This document shows positions 31,379 through 41,706 of a DNA stretch of 64,000 bases, piece by piece. The DNA comes from Alphaproteobacteria bacterium (lineage in GTDB: Bacteria > Pseudomonadota > Alphaproteobacteria > JANQMY01): the NCBI GenBank assembly GCA_965228775.1, contig OZ245840.1, positions 2,839,862 through 2,903,861 of the forward strand, in the 5' to 3' direction. The translations under genes and the position numbers were made by a program. The notes under the pieces are model-generated. The model had not been told where the DNA came from. It saw only the letters and a program-made list of their open reading frames with translations, and ran no database searches. Positions within the stretch are counted from its first letter, which is position 1. Each line of letters starts with the position of its first letter.

Positions 31379-32025
31379 GCCGCTTCCGCCGTCGTCTTGG
31401 CCTTGTATTGGCAGATATCCCGGACAACGCATTTGGAACATTCCGGCGTGCGCGCTTTGCACACATAGCGTCCCAGCAGAATGAGCCAATGGTGCGCGTG
31501 CAGCTTGAATTCCGCCGGCACTCTGTGGTCGAGGGCTTTTTCCACAGCCAATACGTCTTTCCCCGGTGCCAGCCCCGTTCGATTGCTCACACGGAATATG
31601 TGTGTATCCACCGCCATGGTGGGCGCACCGAACGCAATATTCATGACCACATTGGCTGTCTTTCGGCCGACGCCCGGCAAGGTTTGAAGAACGTCCCGGT
31701 CTTGGGGTACTTCGCTGCCGAATTCTTCGATCAACCGTTTGGACAGGGCGACGACGTTCTTTGCTTTGGTTTTGTAAAGACCGATGGACTTTACATAGTC
31801 GCGCACCTTGGCTTCCCCCAAGGCCACCATTTTCTCGGGCGTATCGGCCACTTCAAATAAAGGGCCCGTTGCTTTGTTGACGCCTTTGTCCGTTGCCTGG
31901 GCGGACAGCACCACCGCCACCAGCAAGGTGTAATGGTTCTTGTAGTTCAATTCGCCCTGGGGATTTGGGCGTTCCGCCCTAAGTTTCTCAAAAAAGGGGG
32001 GTATGTCTTTCAGTTTGATCGGCAT
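31375..32025 (-). CDS. nth: Endonuclease III
   Basis: Motifs LSAQATD, HhH LPGVGRKTANV, VDTH and an Fe-S C-x6-C-x2-C-x5-C pattern. Confidence 0.98.
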   Translation of the reverse strand: MPIKLKDIPPFFEKLRAERPNPQGELNYKNHYTLLVAVVLSAQATDKGVNKATGPLFEVADTPEKMVALGEAKVRDYVKSIGLYKTKAKNVVALSKRLIEEFGSEVPQDRDVLQTLPGVGRKTANVVMNIAFGAPTMAVDTHIFRVSNRTGLAPGKDVLAVEKALDHRVPAEFKLHAHHWLILLGRYVCKARTPECSKCVVRDICQYKAKTTAEAA

Positions 32026-32050
32026 GATCTGATCGGGCTTTCGGGGAGTG

Positions 32051-32160
32051 GGAGCGGGATCAGGAAAAGTGTATGCGGTTTTCCGTCCGATCCCGCTCCA
32101 ATTAATTGAAGTAGATCACGATCGTTTTAGGGTGATTCCACCCAAAACGATCATGATCTA
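32051..32160. repeat. Two-hairpin palindromic element, family C (RIME/Bru-RS-like)
   Basis: Hairpins GGAGCGGGATC...GATCCCGCTCC and TAGATCACGATCGTTTT...AAAACGATCATGATCTA. The AAGTG...CGGTT..CCGTCCG core is shared with the copies at 48322 and 49150. Confidence 0.8.
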
Positions 32161-32216
32161 AGCAGCGACATTGCCGCATTTGCGGCGCCACAGGAACCAA
32201 AATAGTATCATCGGCG

Positions 32217-32717
32217 ATGAATTCAGAAACACCGATCGACAAATCCGAACCGCTTTATTTTGACGCCGTGCTGCGGCCCCACCGCTCGCTTGGGCCACGA
32301 GGCTTCCTCATTTTGATGAGTGCCATCTGCATCGTGAGTTTTGGCTATGGTGTTGTGTTCATCATGATCGGTGCGTGGCCCATTTTTGGCTTCCTGGGTC
32401 TTGATGCGCTGTTGATCTACATCGCCTTCCGCGCGAGCTATCGGTCCGGGCGTTTGTACGAAACGGTCCAAGTTTCAGACAGTGATCTCCACATCACGCG
32501 CGTCCATCCCAATGGTCAGATGCAAAGCTGGACGTTTAACCCCTATTGGGCAAGCGTTCATATGGACGAGCCGCCCGAACATGACAGCCAAATCACCATA
32601 TCGTCCCATGGCCGCAAATTGGTGATCGGGTCTTTCCTGACCCCGGAGGAACGGCTCGATTTTTCGAAAGCGCTGAAAGCGTCATTGCGTCAGGCCGGAA
32701 CCGCCCGGGCGAATTAA
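32217..32717 (+). CDS. DUF2244 family membrane protein
   Basis: Motifs LRPHRSL, GAWPIFGFLGLD, FNPYW and IGSFL.PEER. Confidence 0.9.
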   Translation: MNSETPIDKSEPLYFDAVLRPHRSLGPRGFLILMSAICIVSFGYGVVFIMIGAWPIFGFLGLDALLIYIAFRASYRSGRLYETVQVSDSDLHITRVHPNGQMQSWTFNPYWASVHMDEPPEHDSQITISSHGRKLVIGSFLTPEERLDFSKALKASLRQAGTARAN

Positions 32718-32723
32718 GTCACT

Positions 32724-32930
32724 GTCATCGCGAGCTGGCTTTAGCCAGCGCGGCGATCCAGGTGCATCCGGCACTGAGCAAACGGCTCCTGGATTGCTTC
32801 GTTTTGTCTTTTGCTGCAACTCCAGCCCACTCCCCCGTCCCAACCACCCGTGAGTGTACCCTTGGGGTGGTTGGGACGGGGGAGTGGGCTGGCCAGGTCG
32901 CACAAACAACGCGCAGCGGCTCGCAATGAC
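32724..32930. repeat. Composite palindromic element: family B (GTCATCGCGAG...CTCGCAATGAC) with family A copy 2 nested at 32822-32892
   Basis: Terminal inverted repeats plus an internal GCGGCGATCCAG/CTGGATTGCTTCG pair. The inner A copy has a loop that is the exact reverse complement of the copy 1 loop. Confidence 0.88.
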
Positions 32931-32949
32931 ACTGTAGAGTACCGAAAAC

Positions 32950-33762
32950 CTATTCAGTAAGACCCAAAACGTCAGCCATCGAGAAGAATCCGGGGCCTTT
33001 GCCCACGCCCCATTTCGCGGCGGCAACGGCGCCATTGGCGAAAATGGCCCGGTCTTCGGCAACGTGGCTCAGGACCACGCGTTCTTTTTCGCCCGCGAAA
33101 ATGACCGAATGATCCCCCACGACGCTGCCGCCGCGTAAGGCCGCAAAGCCGATATCACCTCGTTTGCGCGCGCCGGTTTGCCCATCGCGGCCCCGATCCG
33201 ACACGTGGTTAAGGTCCACCCTGCGGCCTTCGGCAGCGGCTTCGCCAAACATCAGAGCGGTGCCCGAGGGTGCATCGACCTTATGCCGATGGTGCATCTC
33301 GACAATTTCGATGTCGAAATCCGCATCAAGAGTGGCCGCTACCCGGCGGGTAAGGGCCGCGACCAGATTGACGCCGAGGCTAAAATTCCCTGCACGGATG
33401 ATTGTGGCATGGCGGGCGGCAGCGCGGATCTTTTCGTCATCCTCCGCGGTGGTGCCCGTGGTGCCGATGACATGTACGATACGCCCCTGGGCTGCCAGGC
33501 CGGCGTGTTCCACGGTGGCCGCCGGTATGGTGAAATCGATGATAGCATCCGACTGAGTGATCAGCGTCAACGGATCGTCCGTTAGCGGAATACCTGCCGC
33601 GTCGATGCCCGCGAGCGCGCCTAAATCTTGGCCAAGCTTCGGATGGCCCGGCCCTTCCGTGCCGCCCGCAAGGACGCAGCCGTCAGTTTCCGTTACTTGC
33701 TGGATAAGCGCGCGGCCCATGCGGCCTGCCGCTCCCAGGATGGCGATGCGGATATCGCTCAT
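32950..33762 (-). CDS. dapB: 4-hydroxy-tetrahydrodipicolinate reductase
   Basis: Motifs GAAGRMG, IGTTG and [15 protein letters not shown]. Confidence 0.98.
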   Translation of the reverse strand: MSDIRIAILGAAGRMGRALIQQVTETDGCVLAGGTEGPGHPKLGQDLGALAGIDAAGIPLTDDPLTLITQSDAIIDFTIPAATVEHAGLAAQGRIVHVIGTTGTTAEDDEKIRAAARHATIIRAGNFSLGVNLVAALTRRVAATLDADFDIEIVEMHHRHKVDAPSGTALMFGEAAAEGRRVDLNHVSDRGRDGQTGARKRGDIGFAALRGGSVVGDHSVIFAGEKERVVLSHVAEDRAIFANGAVAAAKWGVGKGPGFFSMADVLGLTE

Positions 33763-33833
33763 CAGTTTTCTCCCGTAGGTTGGATTAGACTTAGAAGTAT
33801 AGACCGATTTGGTCCGGCACCGAGGGGGCGAAA

Positions 33834-34961
33834 TCAGCCCTTGGCGGCGTCGAAGAAATCCTTCACCCGGGCAAAGAATCCGCTGGTCTCCGGATTGTTT
33901 TTCTCATTGCCCGCTTTCGCGAATTCCTTCAGCAGATCTTTTTGTTTCCGGGTCAAGTGCACAGGCGTTTCCACCACTGTGTGCACATACATGTCGCCAT
34001 GGCCCCGGCCCCGCAAGGCAGGCATGCCTTTGCCGCGCAACCGGAATTGCCGGCCCGATTGGGTGCCTTCGGGAATGGTGATCTTGCTGCGTCCGCCATC
34101 CAGTGTTGGGACTTCCACGGACCCGCCCAGTGCCGCATCGGTCATGGCGATGGGCACGCGGAAATAGATATCGTGACCATCCCGCTGGAACAGGCTGTGG
34201 GGCTTCACGCTTAGAAAGATGTAGAGATCGCCCGATGGTGACCCGCGCTGCCCCGCTTCGCCCTCTCCCGTGAGGCGGATCTTCGTGCCGTCCTCTATGC
34301 CTGCCGGGATGTCGACGGCAAGCGACCGTTCTTTTTGTTGGCGTCCGGAACCGCCGCAAGCTTCGCAAGGGTTTTTGATGATGCGGCCGACACCGCCGCA
34401 GGTGGGGCAAGTGCGTTCCAACGTGAAAAAACCCTGCTGCGCGCGGACTTTTCCGTGGCCGTTACATGTGGGGCAGGTTTCGGGGCGCGTACCTGCGGCA
34501 GCGCCCGTTCCGTCGCACACCTCGCAAGCCACGGAGCCGGGCACCCGAATGGTGGCCTGCTTGCCCGCATAGGCTTCCTCAAGGGTGATTTCCATGTTGT
34601 AGCGCAGATCGGCGCCACGGGACCGCCCGCCCCGGCGGCCGCCCATGAATTCGCCGAACAGGTCATCAAATACATCCGCAAAGGATGAGGAGAAGTCGGC
34701 GCCAAAGCCGCCACGCGGTCCGCCGCCGCCCATGCCATCAAAAGCTTGATGGCCAAACCGGTCATAGGCAGCGCGTTTCTCGTCATCCTTCAGAATGTCA
34801 TAGGCTTCGCTGACTTTTTTGAAGGCGTCTTCCGCTTCCGCATCGCCCGGATTACGGTCCGGGTGATACTTCATGGCAAGTTTGCGGTAAGCCGACTTGA
34901 TGTCACCCGCCCCGGCATCGCGGCCCACGCCCAATACGTCATAGAAATCTTCTTTTGACAT
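33834..34961 (-). CDS. dnaJ: Chaperone DnaJ
   Basis: HPD J-domain, G/F region and four CxxCxGxG repeats. Confidence 0.99.
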   Translation of the reverse strand: MSKEDFYDVLGVGRDAGAGDIKSAYRKLAMKYHPDRNPGDAEAEDAFKKVSEAYDILKDDEKRAAYDRFGHQAFDGMGGGGPRGGFGADFSSSFADVFDDLFGEFMGGRRGGRSRGADLRYNMEITLEEAYAGKQATIRVPGSVACEVCDGTGAAAGTRPETCPTCNGHGKVRAQQGFFTLERTCPTCGGVGRIIKNPCEACGGSGRQQKERSLAVDIPAGIEDGTKIRLTGEGEAGQRGSPSGDLYIFLSVKPHSLFQRDGHDIYFRVPIAMTDAALGGSVEVPTLDGGRSKITIPEGTQSGRQFRLRGKGMPALRGRGHGDMYVHTVVETPVHLTRKQKDLLKEFAKAGNEKNNPETSGFFARVKDFFDAAKG

Positions 34962-35028
34962 GGACGGAACGCTTTCCCTGTTCGCGGCGCTTTTTGCGCA
35001 CCAACCTTTTGTTTCTTACAGATAGGAA

Positions 35029-35057
35029 CAGCCGGGCGGCATGATGCCGCCTGACTG
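35029..35057. other. GC-rich hairpin in the dnaK-dnaJ intergenic region
   Basis: Stem-loop CAGCCGGGCGGCA-TGA-TGCCGCCTGACTG; possibly an mRNA-stability or partial termination element. Confidence 0.45.
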
Positions 35058-35115
35058 ATGATCAATTTTCTGGGGGGCAGAAAGGGTCATCGACATAACC
35101 AGCTTTTGTTAAAGG

Positions 35116-37056
35116 TTACGCGCTGCCGGTTTTCTTGTCATCTTCGTCGATTTCTTCGAAATCGGCATCGACCACATTCTCATCATTGCCGCCGGCTTCA
35201 TTGCCTTCGCCGCCGCCCACATTGGCATCGGCTTCCGCCGCATCCTGGGCTGCTTTGTACATGGCTTCGCCAAGTTTCTGAGAGGATTGAGACAGCGCTT
35301 CCATCTTCTTCTTGATGTCTTCCGCGTCATCACCGCCTGCAGCTTCGCGCAGGGCCGCGATGTCTTTCTCAATCTGTTCCTTGGTGGCGGCATCCACTTT
35401 GTCGCCATGCTCTTCCAGCGATTTCTCGGTGGCATGGGCAAGGGACTCGGCCTGATTTTTGGCTTCGGCGCCTTCGCGGCGGGCTTTATCTTCCGTCGCG
35501 TGCTCCTCGGCGTCCTTGACCATCTGCTCAATGTCGGCATCGCTGAGGCCACTGGACGCTTGAATGCGAATGGCCTGCTCTTTGCCCGTTGCTTTGTCTT
35601 TCGCGGACACGTTCACGATGCCGTTGGCGTCAATGTCGAAGGTCACTTCGATTTGCGGCAGGCCGCGCGGACTTGGCGGGATGCCCACCAAATCAAACTG
35701 TCCGAGCACCTTGTTATCCGCGGCCATTTCCCGCTCGCCTTGGAACACGCGAATGGTCACGGCGGTCTGATTGTCTTCTGCGGTGGAGAACACCTGAGAC
35801 TTTTTGGTCGGGATCGTCGTGTTGCGATCAATCAGGCGGGTGAACACGCCGCCCAGGGTTTCGATGCCCAGGGACAGGGGCGTTACGTCCAGAAGCAGAA
35901 CGTCTTTTACATCGCCCTGCAGAACGCCCGCCTGAATGGCAGCGCCCATGGCGACCACTTCGTCCGGGTTCACCCCTTTATGAGGCTCGCGGCCGAAATA
36001 GTTCTTCACCGCTTCTTGTACTTTGGGCATGCGGGTCATGCCGCCCACCAGAACCACATCGTCGATTTCCCCGGCGGACATGCCGGCGTCTTTCAACGCT
36101 TTCTTCACGGGATCGATGGTGCGCTGGATGAGATCGTCCACCAAAGCTTCCAGCTTTGCGCGGGTGATCTTCATGGTCAGGTGTTTCGGGCCCGATTGGT
36201 CCGCTGTGATGAACGGCAGGTTCACTTCCGTCTGGGTCGCTGAAGACAATTCGATCTTGGCTTTCTCAGCCGCCTCTTTCAGGCGCTGGAGAGCCAAACG
36301 GTCTTGGCGCAGATCAATGCCGTTTTCGCGCTTGAATTCATCTGCCAGGTAATCGACCAGGCGCAGGTCAAAGTCTTCACCACCGAGGAAGGTGTCGCCA
36401 TTGGTCGCCTTCACTTCGAAAACACCGTCGCCGATTTCCAGAATGGAAATATCGAACGTGCCGCCGCCAAGGTCATAAACGGCGATGGTCTTGCCGTCGC
36501 CGTCGGATTTGTCCAGGCCGTAAGCAAGTGCTGCCGCTGTTGGCTCGTTGATGATACGTAGCACTTCCAGACCGGCGATCTTGCCTGCGTCCTTCGTGGC
36601 TTGGCGCTGGGCGTCATTGAAGTAGGCAGGAACGGTGATCACCGCCTGGGTCACTTCGGACCCCAGGAAGCTCTCCGCCGTTTCCTTCATCTTCTGAAGA
36701 ATGAACGCCGAAATCTGCGAGGGTGAATAGGTTTCCTTTCGGCCCTGGACCCAGGCATCGCCATTATCGGCGGCCACGATCTCATAGGGCACCATGTCCG
36801 CGTCTTTCTTCGTGGTCGGATCATCGAAGCGGCGTCCGATCAAACGCTTAATGGCGAAAAACGTATGTTCCGGGTTGGTGACGGCTTGTCTTTTGGCTGG
36901 TTGGCCGATGAGACGCTCGTCGTCTTCTGAAAACGCGACGATGGACGGGGTTGTCCGCATGCCTTCTGCGTTTTCGATGACCTTGGGCTGCGTCCCTTCC
37001 ATTACGGCAACGCAAGAATTGGTGGTACCGAGGTCAATACCGATGACTTTGCTCAT
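35116..37056 (-). CDS. dnaK: Chaperone DnaK (Hsp70)
   Basis: Motifs [18 protein letters not shown] and [11 protein letters not shown] 37056 follows an AAGGAG RBS. Confidence 0.99.
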   Translation of the reverse strand: MSKVIGIDLGTTNSCVAVMEGTQPKVIENAEGMRTTPSIVAFSEDDERLIGQPAKRQAVTNPEHTFFAIKRLIGRRFDDPTTKKDADMVPYEIVAADNGDAWVQGRKETYSPSQISAFILQKMKETAESFLGSEVTQAVITVPAYFNDAQRQATKDAGKIAGLEVLRIINEPTAAALAYGLDKSDGDGKTIAVYDLGGGTFDISILEIGDGVFEVKATNGDTFLGGEDFDLRLVDYLADEFKRENGIDLRQDRLALQRLKEAAEKAKIELSSATQTEVNLPFITADQSGPKHLTMKITRAKLEALVDDLIQRTIDPVKKALKDAGMSAGEIDDVVLVGGMTRMPKVQEAVKNYFGREPHKGVNPDEVVAMGAAIQAGVLQGDVKDVLLLDVTPLSLGIETLGGVFTRLIDRNTTIPTKKSQVFSTAEDNQTAVTIRVFQGEREMAADNKVLGQFDLVGIPPSPRGLPQIEVTFDIDANGIVNVSAKDKATGKEQAIRIQASSGLSDADIEQMVKDAEEHATEDKARREGAEAKNQAESLAHATEKSLEEHGDKVDAATKEQIEKDIAALREAAGGDDAEDIKKKMEALSQSSQKLGEAMYKAAQDAAEADANVGGGEGNEAGGNDENVVDADFEEIDEDDKKTGSA

Positions 37057-37156
37057 GCTCACTCCTTATTTCTGCGGCTGAATCGGCAGGTCGAAAACGC
37101 CCCTGCCAATCCCCCTAAATGGAGGAATTGTGAAATAGCCCCCTCATATTGGGGGT

Positions 37157-37185
37157 ATATAGGGGGGCAAAGGACGTGCCGCAAC
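37157..37185 (-). promoter_or_regulatory. Putative RpoH (sigma32) promoter of dnaKJ
   Basis: Minus strand reads GTTG-N18-CCTATAT, about 100 nt upstream of dnaK. Confidence 0.65.
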
Positions 37186-37296
37186 CGCTGGGGCCGCTTT
37201 CAAGCCCATGTTTTGGCGGTCTTTTTTAGACAGTTGGGCCGTTGGTGCAACCGTTTTTCTTAACCAATCTGTGCAGCCGGGGGAGACTGGCGCCGA

Positions 37297-38181
37297 ATGG
37301 CAACACCTCAGATCGTCTCAGCGTCTTTTCGGACCGACATTCCGGCCTTCTACGCGGATTGGTTCGGGCAACGTTTGGCGGCGGGCGAAGTGATGGTGCG
37401 CAACCCCTATGGCGGCCCGGATTACAGGGTTTCTCTGGCGCCGGACGATGTTCTCGGCTTCGTTTTCTGGAGCCGAAATCTGAGGCCTTTCCTGGAAAAC
37501 TTGGAAGAAGTCGGCCGCCGGAACATTCCCTTCATCGCGCAGATGACCGTCACGGGATATCCGCGTGTGTTGGAAACGTCTACGATTTCGGTGGAGGCTG
37601 CGATCGATCAGATCAAGCATGTGTCGAACCGGTTTGGACAGGCCAGTGTTGTCTGGCGCTATGATCCGATCCTCATGACGTCGGCGACCACGCCGGACGG
37701 CCATATCAAAACGTTCAAAAAGATCGCCTCAGCCTTGCGCGGGTCGGTGGATGAATGCGTGGTTTCCTTCGCTACCCTCTACGCCAAGACCAAACGGCGG
37801 CTTGAGAGTATCCGCCACGCGGAAGAAGGCTTTTCCTGGTGGGACCCGGCGAATGAAGAGAAACGGGAAATGCTCCGCACGCTTCAGGAAATTGCCGTGG
37901 AAAACGAAATGGCCTTAACCGTTTGCGCGCAGCCGGATCTGCTCATGCCCGGTGTTGAAGGCGCAAGCTGCGTTGATGCGCGGCGCCTGTCAAAGGTTGC
38001 GGGGTATGCCATCGATGTGCGCCAGAAGGGAAATCGCGAAGGATGCCTCTGCGCTCGCTCGCGGGACATTGGGGCGTATGACACCTGCCCCCATGGCTGT
38101 GCCTATTGCTATGCCGTGCGCGACGGCCAAAAAGCGAAGAGCGCCTACGCCGGACATCACCCAGACGCCCGTAGTCTATAG
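37297..38181 (+). CDS. DUF1848 family protein (Cys-rich C-terminus)
   Basis: Motifs IVSASFRTDIPAFY.DWF, VFWSRN, WRYDPI and CLC..SRDIGAYDTCPHGCAYCYA. Confidence 0.9.
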   Translation: MATPQIVSASFRTDIPAFYADWFGQRLAAGEVMVRNPYGGPDYRVSLAPDDVLGFVFWSRNLRPFLENLEEVGRRNIPFIAQMTVTGYPRVLETSTISVEAAIDQIKHVSNRFGQASVVWRYDPILMTSATTPDGHIKTFKKIASALRGSVDECVVSFATLYAKTKRRLESIRHAEEGFSWWDPANEEKREMLRTLQEIAVENEMALTVCAQPDLLMPGVEGASCVDARRLSKVAGYAIDVRQKGNREGCLCARSRDIGAYDTCPHGCAYCYAVRDGQKAKSAYAGHHPDARSL

Positions 38182-38220
38182 GAAAATTAGATTCTAGAAC
38201 TATGTTCTGGACGGGCAGGC

Positions 38221-38316
38221 GTTGCAGCAAAAGACAAAACGAAGCAATCCAGGGCCGCTTCTTTTTTCCTTGCTGCTCTGGATCGCCGCGCCGCCATTCT
38301 GGCGGCTCGCGATGAC
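38221..38316. repeat. Palindromic element, family B, truncated copy
   Basis: 38221-38253 is the exact reverse complement of 32788-32820; the element ends in GCTCGCGATGAC. Confidence 0.85.
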
Positions 38317-38343
38317 GAATATCAATCCGATCTGTTTGGGTTT

Positions 38344-38970
38344 TTATGCCGTCGTGTCGACCGTGCTGCCGGGACCATCGGCGTTATCGCCGCCTTTGGC
38401 CACCGTCACCATGGCGGGGCGCAGCAGACGCTCGCCGATCATGTAGCCGGTCTGAACCACATCCACCACCGTGCCCGCAGGCTGCCCGGTGCCCGGCACT
38501 TCGGCCATGGCTTGGTGGAAATGGGCGCTGAACTTTTCGCCCTTCGGGAAGATCGGCTTCACGCCATTCTTTTCCAGGCCCGCCAAAAGCTCCCGCTCCG
38601 TCAGCTCCACGCCGCTTAAAACGTTCTGAACTGCTTCATCGGTTTCGCGGGCTTCTTCGGGCACCGCATCGATGGCTCGCCGCAGATTGTCGGCGACTGA
38701 CAGCATGTCCCGCGCGAATTTCGTAATGCCGAAAACGGACGCTTCCGTGCGTTCTTTCTCGGCGCGGCGCCGCGTATTTTCAAGCTCGGCCATGGTCCGC
38801 AGCAGCCGGTCTTTCAGCGCCGCGTTTTCTTCCTCAAGAGAAGGGGGAAGGGCCGCCTCATCGATGCCGCCGGGCTCCGGGGCCGCTTCTGCTTGCGCGT
38901 CCGCTTCCGCTTCGGGCGTTGCGCCCTCTTCCTTGGGGTCCTTATCGTTTGGAATGTCCTGATCGCTCAT
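38344..38970 (-). CDS. grpE: Nucleotide exchange factor GrpE
   Basis: Motifs AELENTRRR, VADNLRRA, HQAM and GY.IGERLLRPAMV.V. Confidence 0.98.
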   Translation of the reverse strand: MSDQDIPNDKDPKEEGATPEAEADAQAEAAPEPGGIDEAALPPSLEEENAALKDRLLRTMAELENTRRRAEKERTEASVFGITKFARDMLSVADNLRRAIDAVPEEARETDEAVQNVLSGVELTERELLAGLEKNGVKPIFPKGEKFSAHFHQAMAEVPGTGQPAGTVVDVVQTGYMIGERLLRPAMVTVAKGGDNADGPGSTVDTTA

Positions 38971-39013
38971 GACGCTTTGTTCTTACGAAGCCTTTCCGTT
39001 CTGTCTGGCCGTT

Positions 39014-40081
39014 TCACTTGATGACGCGGCCGATAAGCTTGGCCGTGTAATCGACCATGGGAATAACACGTGCATAGTTGAGGCGCGTGGGTCCAATGAC
39101 ACCGATCACGCCCACAACCTTCTGCGCGTTGTTCATATAGGGAGCCGCGATGACGGATGAACCCGACAAGCTGAACAGCTTGTTCTCAGCGCCGATGAAT
39201 ATGCGCACACCCTCGGCATCCTTGGCAAGCTCCAGCAGTTGAATGAGTTCGTTTTTCGTTTCCAGGTCCTCGAACAGCATGCGAATGCGCTCAAGATCCT
39301 CGGCAATGGTCACATTGTCCAACAGGTTTGCGCGGCCGCGCACGATAAGCTGCGGCATTTGCGGCGAATTGGAATCGGCGCCGCTCCACGTGGCCAATCC
39401 TTGCTCCACAATGCTTGCCGATAGAGTGTCGAGTTCCGCGCGCTGGCTGTCGATTTCCGACAGGATGCGGTCACGTGCCTCATCCAGGGTCTGGCCGCGC
39501 AGCCGCGCATTCACGTAGTTGGTCGCTTCGACCAATGTGGACGGTGGCATGCCGGCGGGCACTTCGATGACCCGGTTTTCCACGTCACCGTTTTCATTGA
39601 CCATCACCACCAGGGCTTTGCCGGGGCTAAGCGACACGAATTCGATGTGTTTGAGGGCAAGGTCGCCCTTTTCCGCCATCACCAGGCCCGCCCCGCCGCA
39701 CAGGCCGGACAGCAGGGAGGAGGCTTGCGTCAGCACGTCCTCAACTTCGTGGGTGGAGCCCGAAATCTGTTCTTGGATCGCTTGGCGTTCTTCTTTGGAC
39801 AAATCGCCCACTTCGAGCAGGCCGTCCACGAACAGCCGTAATCCTGTATGGGTGGGCAGCCGCCCGGCGCTGGTGTGCGGCGCCATCAGTAATCCCATCT
39901 GTTCCAGATCCGCCATCACATTGCGGATAGAGGCGGCAGACAATTCCAAGCCGGAGGTTTGGGAAAGCGTGCGCGATCCCACGGGTTCGCCGGTTTCCAA
40001 ATAACTCTCGACGATCTTGCGAAATAGGCTGCGGCTGCGCTCATTCAGCGCTTCAACCAGATTGCCGTTGTCTTCCGTCAA
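39014..40081 (-). CDS. hrcA: Heat-inducible transcription repressor HrcA
   Basis: Motifs EPVGSR, SAASIRNVM, PHTSAGRLPT and GVIGPTRLNY. Confidence 0.98.
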   Translation of the reverse strand: MTEDNGNLVEALNERSRSLFRKIVESYLETGEPVGSRTLSQTSGLELSAASIRNVMADLEQMGLLMAPHTSAGRLPTHTGLRLFVDGLLEVGDLSKEERQAIQEQISGSTHEVEDVLTQASSLLSGLCGGAGLVMAEKGDLALKHIEFVSLSPGKALVVMVNENGDVENRVIEVPAGMPPSTLVEATNYVNARLRGQTLDEARDRILSEIDSQRAELDTLSASIVEQGLATWSGADSNSPQMPQLIVRGRANLLDNVTIAEDLERIRMLFEDLETKNELIQLLELAKDAEGVRIFIGAENKLFSLSGSSVIAAPYMNNAQKVVGVIGVIGPTRLNYARVIPMVDYTAKLIGRVIK

Positions 40082-40248
40082 AAGAGAGGCCCTCTTCCCA
40101 CAAGGATTCTGAAATGGCTGGCAATTTATTGATGCCCGACTCTGCCGTCAATTCGTGAGTTTTTCCTTTCCTTTGCGGCGTTTATATGGTCGATACGGGG
40201 ACACTCAAATCACGTTTATTCTCCGTAATTAATTTAAGGAAACTGCTC

Positions 40249-40974
40249 ATGCGCCCATCTGGCCGGGAACCGAATGCTATGCGTGCCGTGACGCTTGAAA
40301 TGGGCGTTGCAAAAAACGCGGAAGGCTCCTGCCTTGTGAAGTTCGGCGACACACACGTGCTGTGCACGGCCAGTTTCGAAGACCGGGTGCCTCCCTTCCT
40401 GCGCAATAGCGGGTCCGGCTGGGTAACGGCGGAATACGGCATGCTGCCCCGCTCCACCAATGAACGCATGCGGCGCGAGGCCAATGCGGGCAAACAGTCG
40501 GGACGCACGTTGGAAATCCAGCGGCTGATCGGCCGCTCTTTGCGCGCCGTGGTGGACATGAAAAAGCTGGGCGAGCGTCAAATCACGGTCGATTGCGATG
40601 TGATCCAGGCCGATGGTGGCACGCGCACGGCGTCGATCACTGGCGGTTGGGTGGCGCTTCAGCAATGTGTGGAATGGATGCGCGATCAGGGCATGCTGCC
40701 GGCGGAAGGCCAAGGCCCGCTCACGACCCAAGTGGCCGCCATATCCTGCGGCATCTATGAGGGGACGCCGGTGCTCGATCTGGACTATCCGGAAGACTCG
40801 AACGCCGAAACCGATGCGAATTTCGTCATGACCGGCGACGGCGGTATTGTGGAAATTCAAGGCACGGCGGAGGGCGCCCCGTTTTCGGAAGAGAGTTTCG
40901 GGCAGCTCATGGGCCTTGCCAAGAAAGGCATTGGCGAATTGATCAGCCTGCAGAAGGAAACGGTCGGCGGCTGA
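40249..40974 (+). CDS. rph: Ribonuclease PH
   Basis: MRPSGR start at ATG 40249; motifs [24 protein letters not shown] and [12 protein letters not shown]. Confidence 0.98.
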   Translation: MRPSGREPNAMRAVTLEMGVAKNAEGSCLVKFGDTHVLCTASFEDRVPPFLRNSGSGWVTAEYGMLPRSTNERMRREANAGKQSGRTLEIQRLIGRSLRAVVDMKKLGERQITVDCDVIQADGGTRTASITGGWVALQQCVEWMRDQGMLPAEGQGPLTTQVAAISCGIYEGTPVLDLDYPEDSNAETDANFVMTGDGGIVEIQGTAEGAPFSEESFGQLMGLAKKGIGELISLQKETVGG

Positions 40975-40976
40975 AA

Positions 40977-41585
40977 ATGACGGTTCGCAGGTTTCAGGAA
41001 AACAAGCTGGTTGTTGCCAGCCACAATCAGGGCAAGGTGCGCGAGATCGGCGATCTGCTGCGCCCGTTCGGCCTGGATGTGGTGTCGGCCGCAGAGCTGA
41101 ACTTGGAAGAGCCGGAAGAAACCGAAACCACCTTTATCGGCAATGCCAAGCTGAAGGCGTTGGCGGCAGCGACCGTCAGTGGCCTACCCGCTTTGTCCGA
41201 TGATTCCGGCCTGGCCGTGACAGCCCTTAATGGCGACCCGGGCCTTTACTCCGCACGGTGGGCGGGCCCGGACCGCGATTTCAATCTCGCCATGCAGAAA
41301 GTGGAAGACGCGCTTCAAGAAAAAGGCGCCACGGACCGTCATGCTCAATTTGTCTGCGCGCTGTGCCTTGCCTGGCCCGATCAGCATACGGAATGCTTTG
41401 AAGGCCGCATAGACGGCACCTTGGTGTGGCCACCACGCGGCGATAAAGGGTTCGGCTATGACCCCATGTTCGTCATGGATGGTTATGACATTACCTTTGG
41501 CGAGATGGACCCTGCGAAGAAGCACGAAATCTCTCATCGCGCCGTCGCCTTCAACATGCTGGTTGAGGCCTGTTTTCGGGGCTGA
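40977..41585 (+). CDS. rdgB: dITP/XTP pyrophosphatase (RdgB/HAM1)
   Basis: Motifs [28 protein letters not shown] and SHR. Confidence 0.97.
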   Translation: MTVRRFQENKLVVASHNQGKVREIGDLLRPFGLDVVSAAELNLEEPEETETTFIGNAKLKALAAATVSGLPALSDDSGLAVTALNGDPGLYSARWAGPDRDFNLAMQKVEDALQEKGATDRHAQFVCALCLAWPDQHTECFEGRIDGTLVWPPRGDKGFGYDPMFVMDGYDITFGEMDPAKKHEISHRAVAFNMLVEACFRG

Positions 41586-41605
41586 GTTAGGGGCTTTGGA
41601 GCAAT

Positions 41606-41682
41606 GTAGGGCGTATTAGGCAAAGCCGTAATACGCCATGGCATTTCTATGTGGCGGATTACGCTACGCTAATCCGCCCTAC
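41606..41682. repeat. GTAG-type REP doublet (REPIN-like), family E
   Basis: GTAGGGCGTATTAG...TAATACGCC paired with an inverted GGCGGATTA...CTAATCCGCCCTAC. Confidence 0.85.
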
Positions 41683-41706
41683 TAAACTGCTGTAGTGTGC
41701 TAGCCC

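Noticed and set aside
35287-36243. 318-aa ORF antisense to dnaK
   Set aside because: Long antisense frames opposite dnaK are a common codon-bias artefact.
37057-40248. CIRCE operator near dnaK, grpE or hrcA
   Set aside because: No TTAGCACTC-N9-GAGTGCTAA match seen; an RpoH-type promoter explains dnaK.
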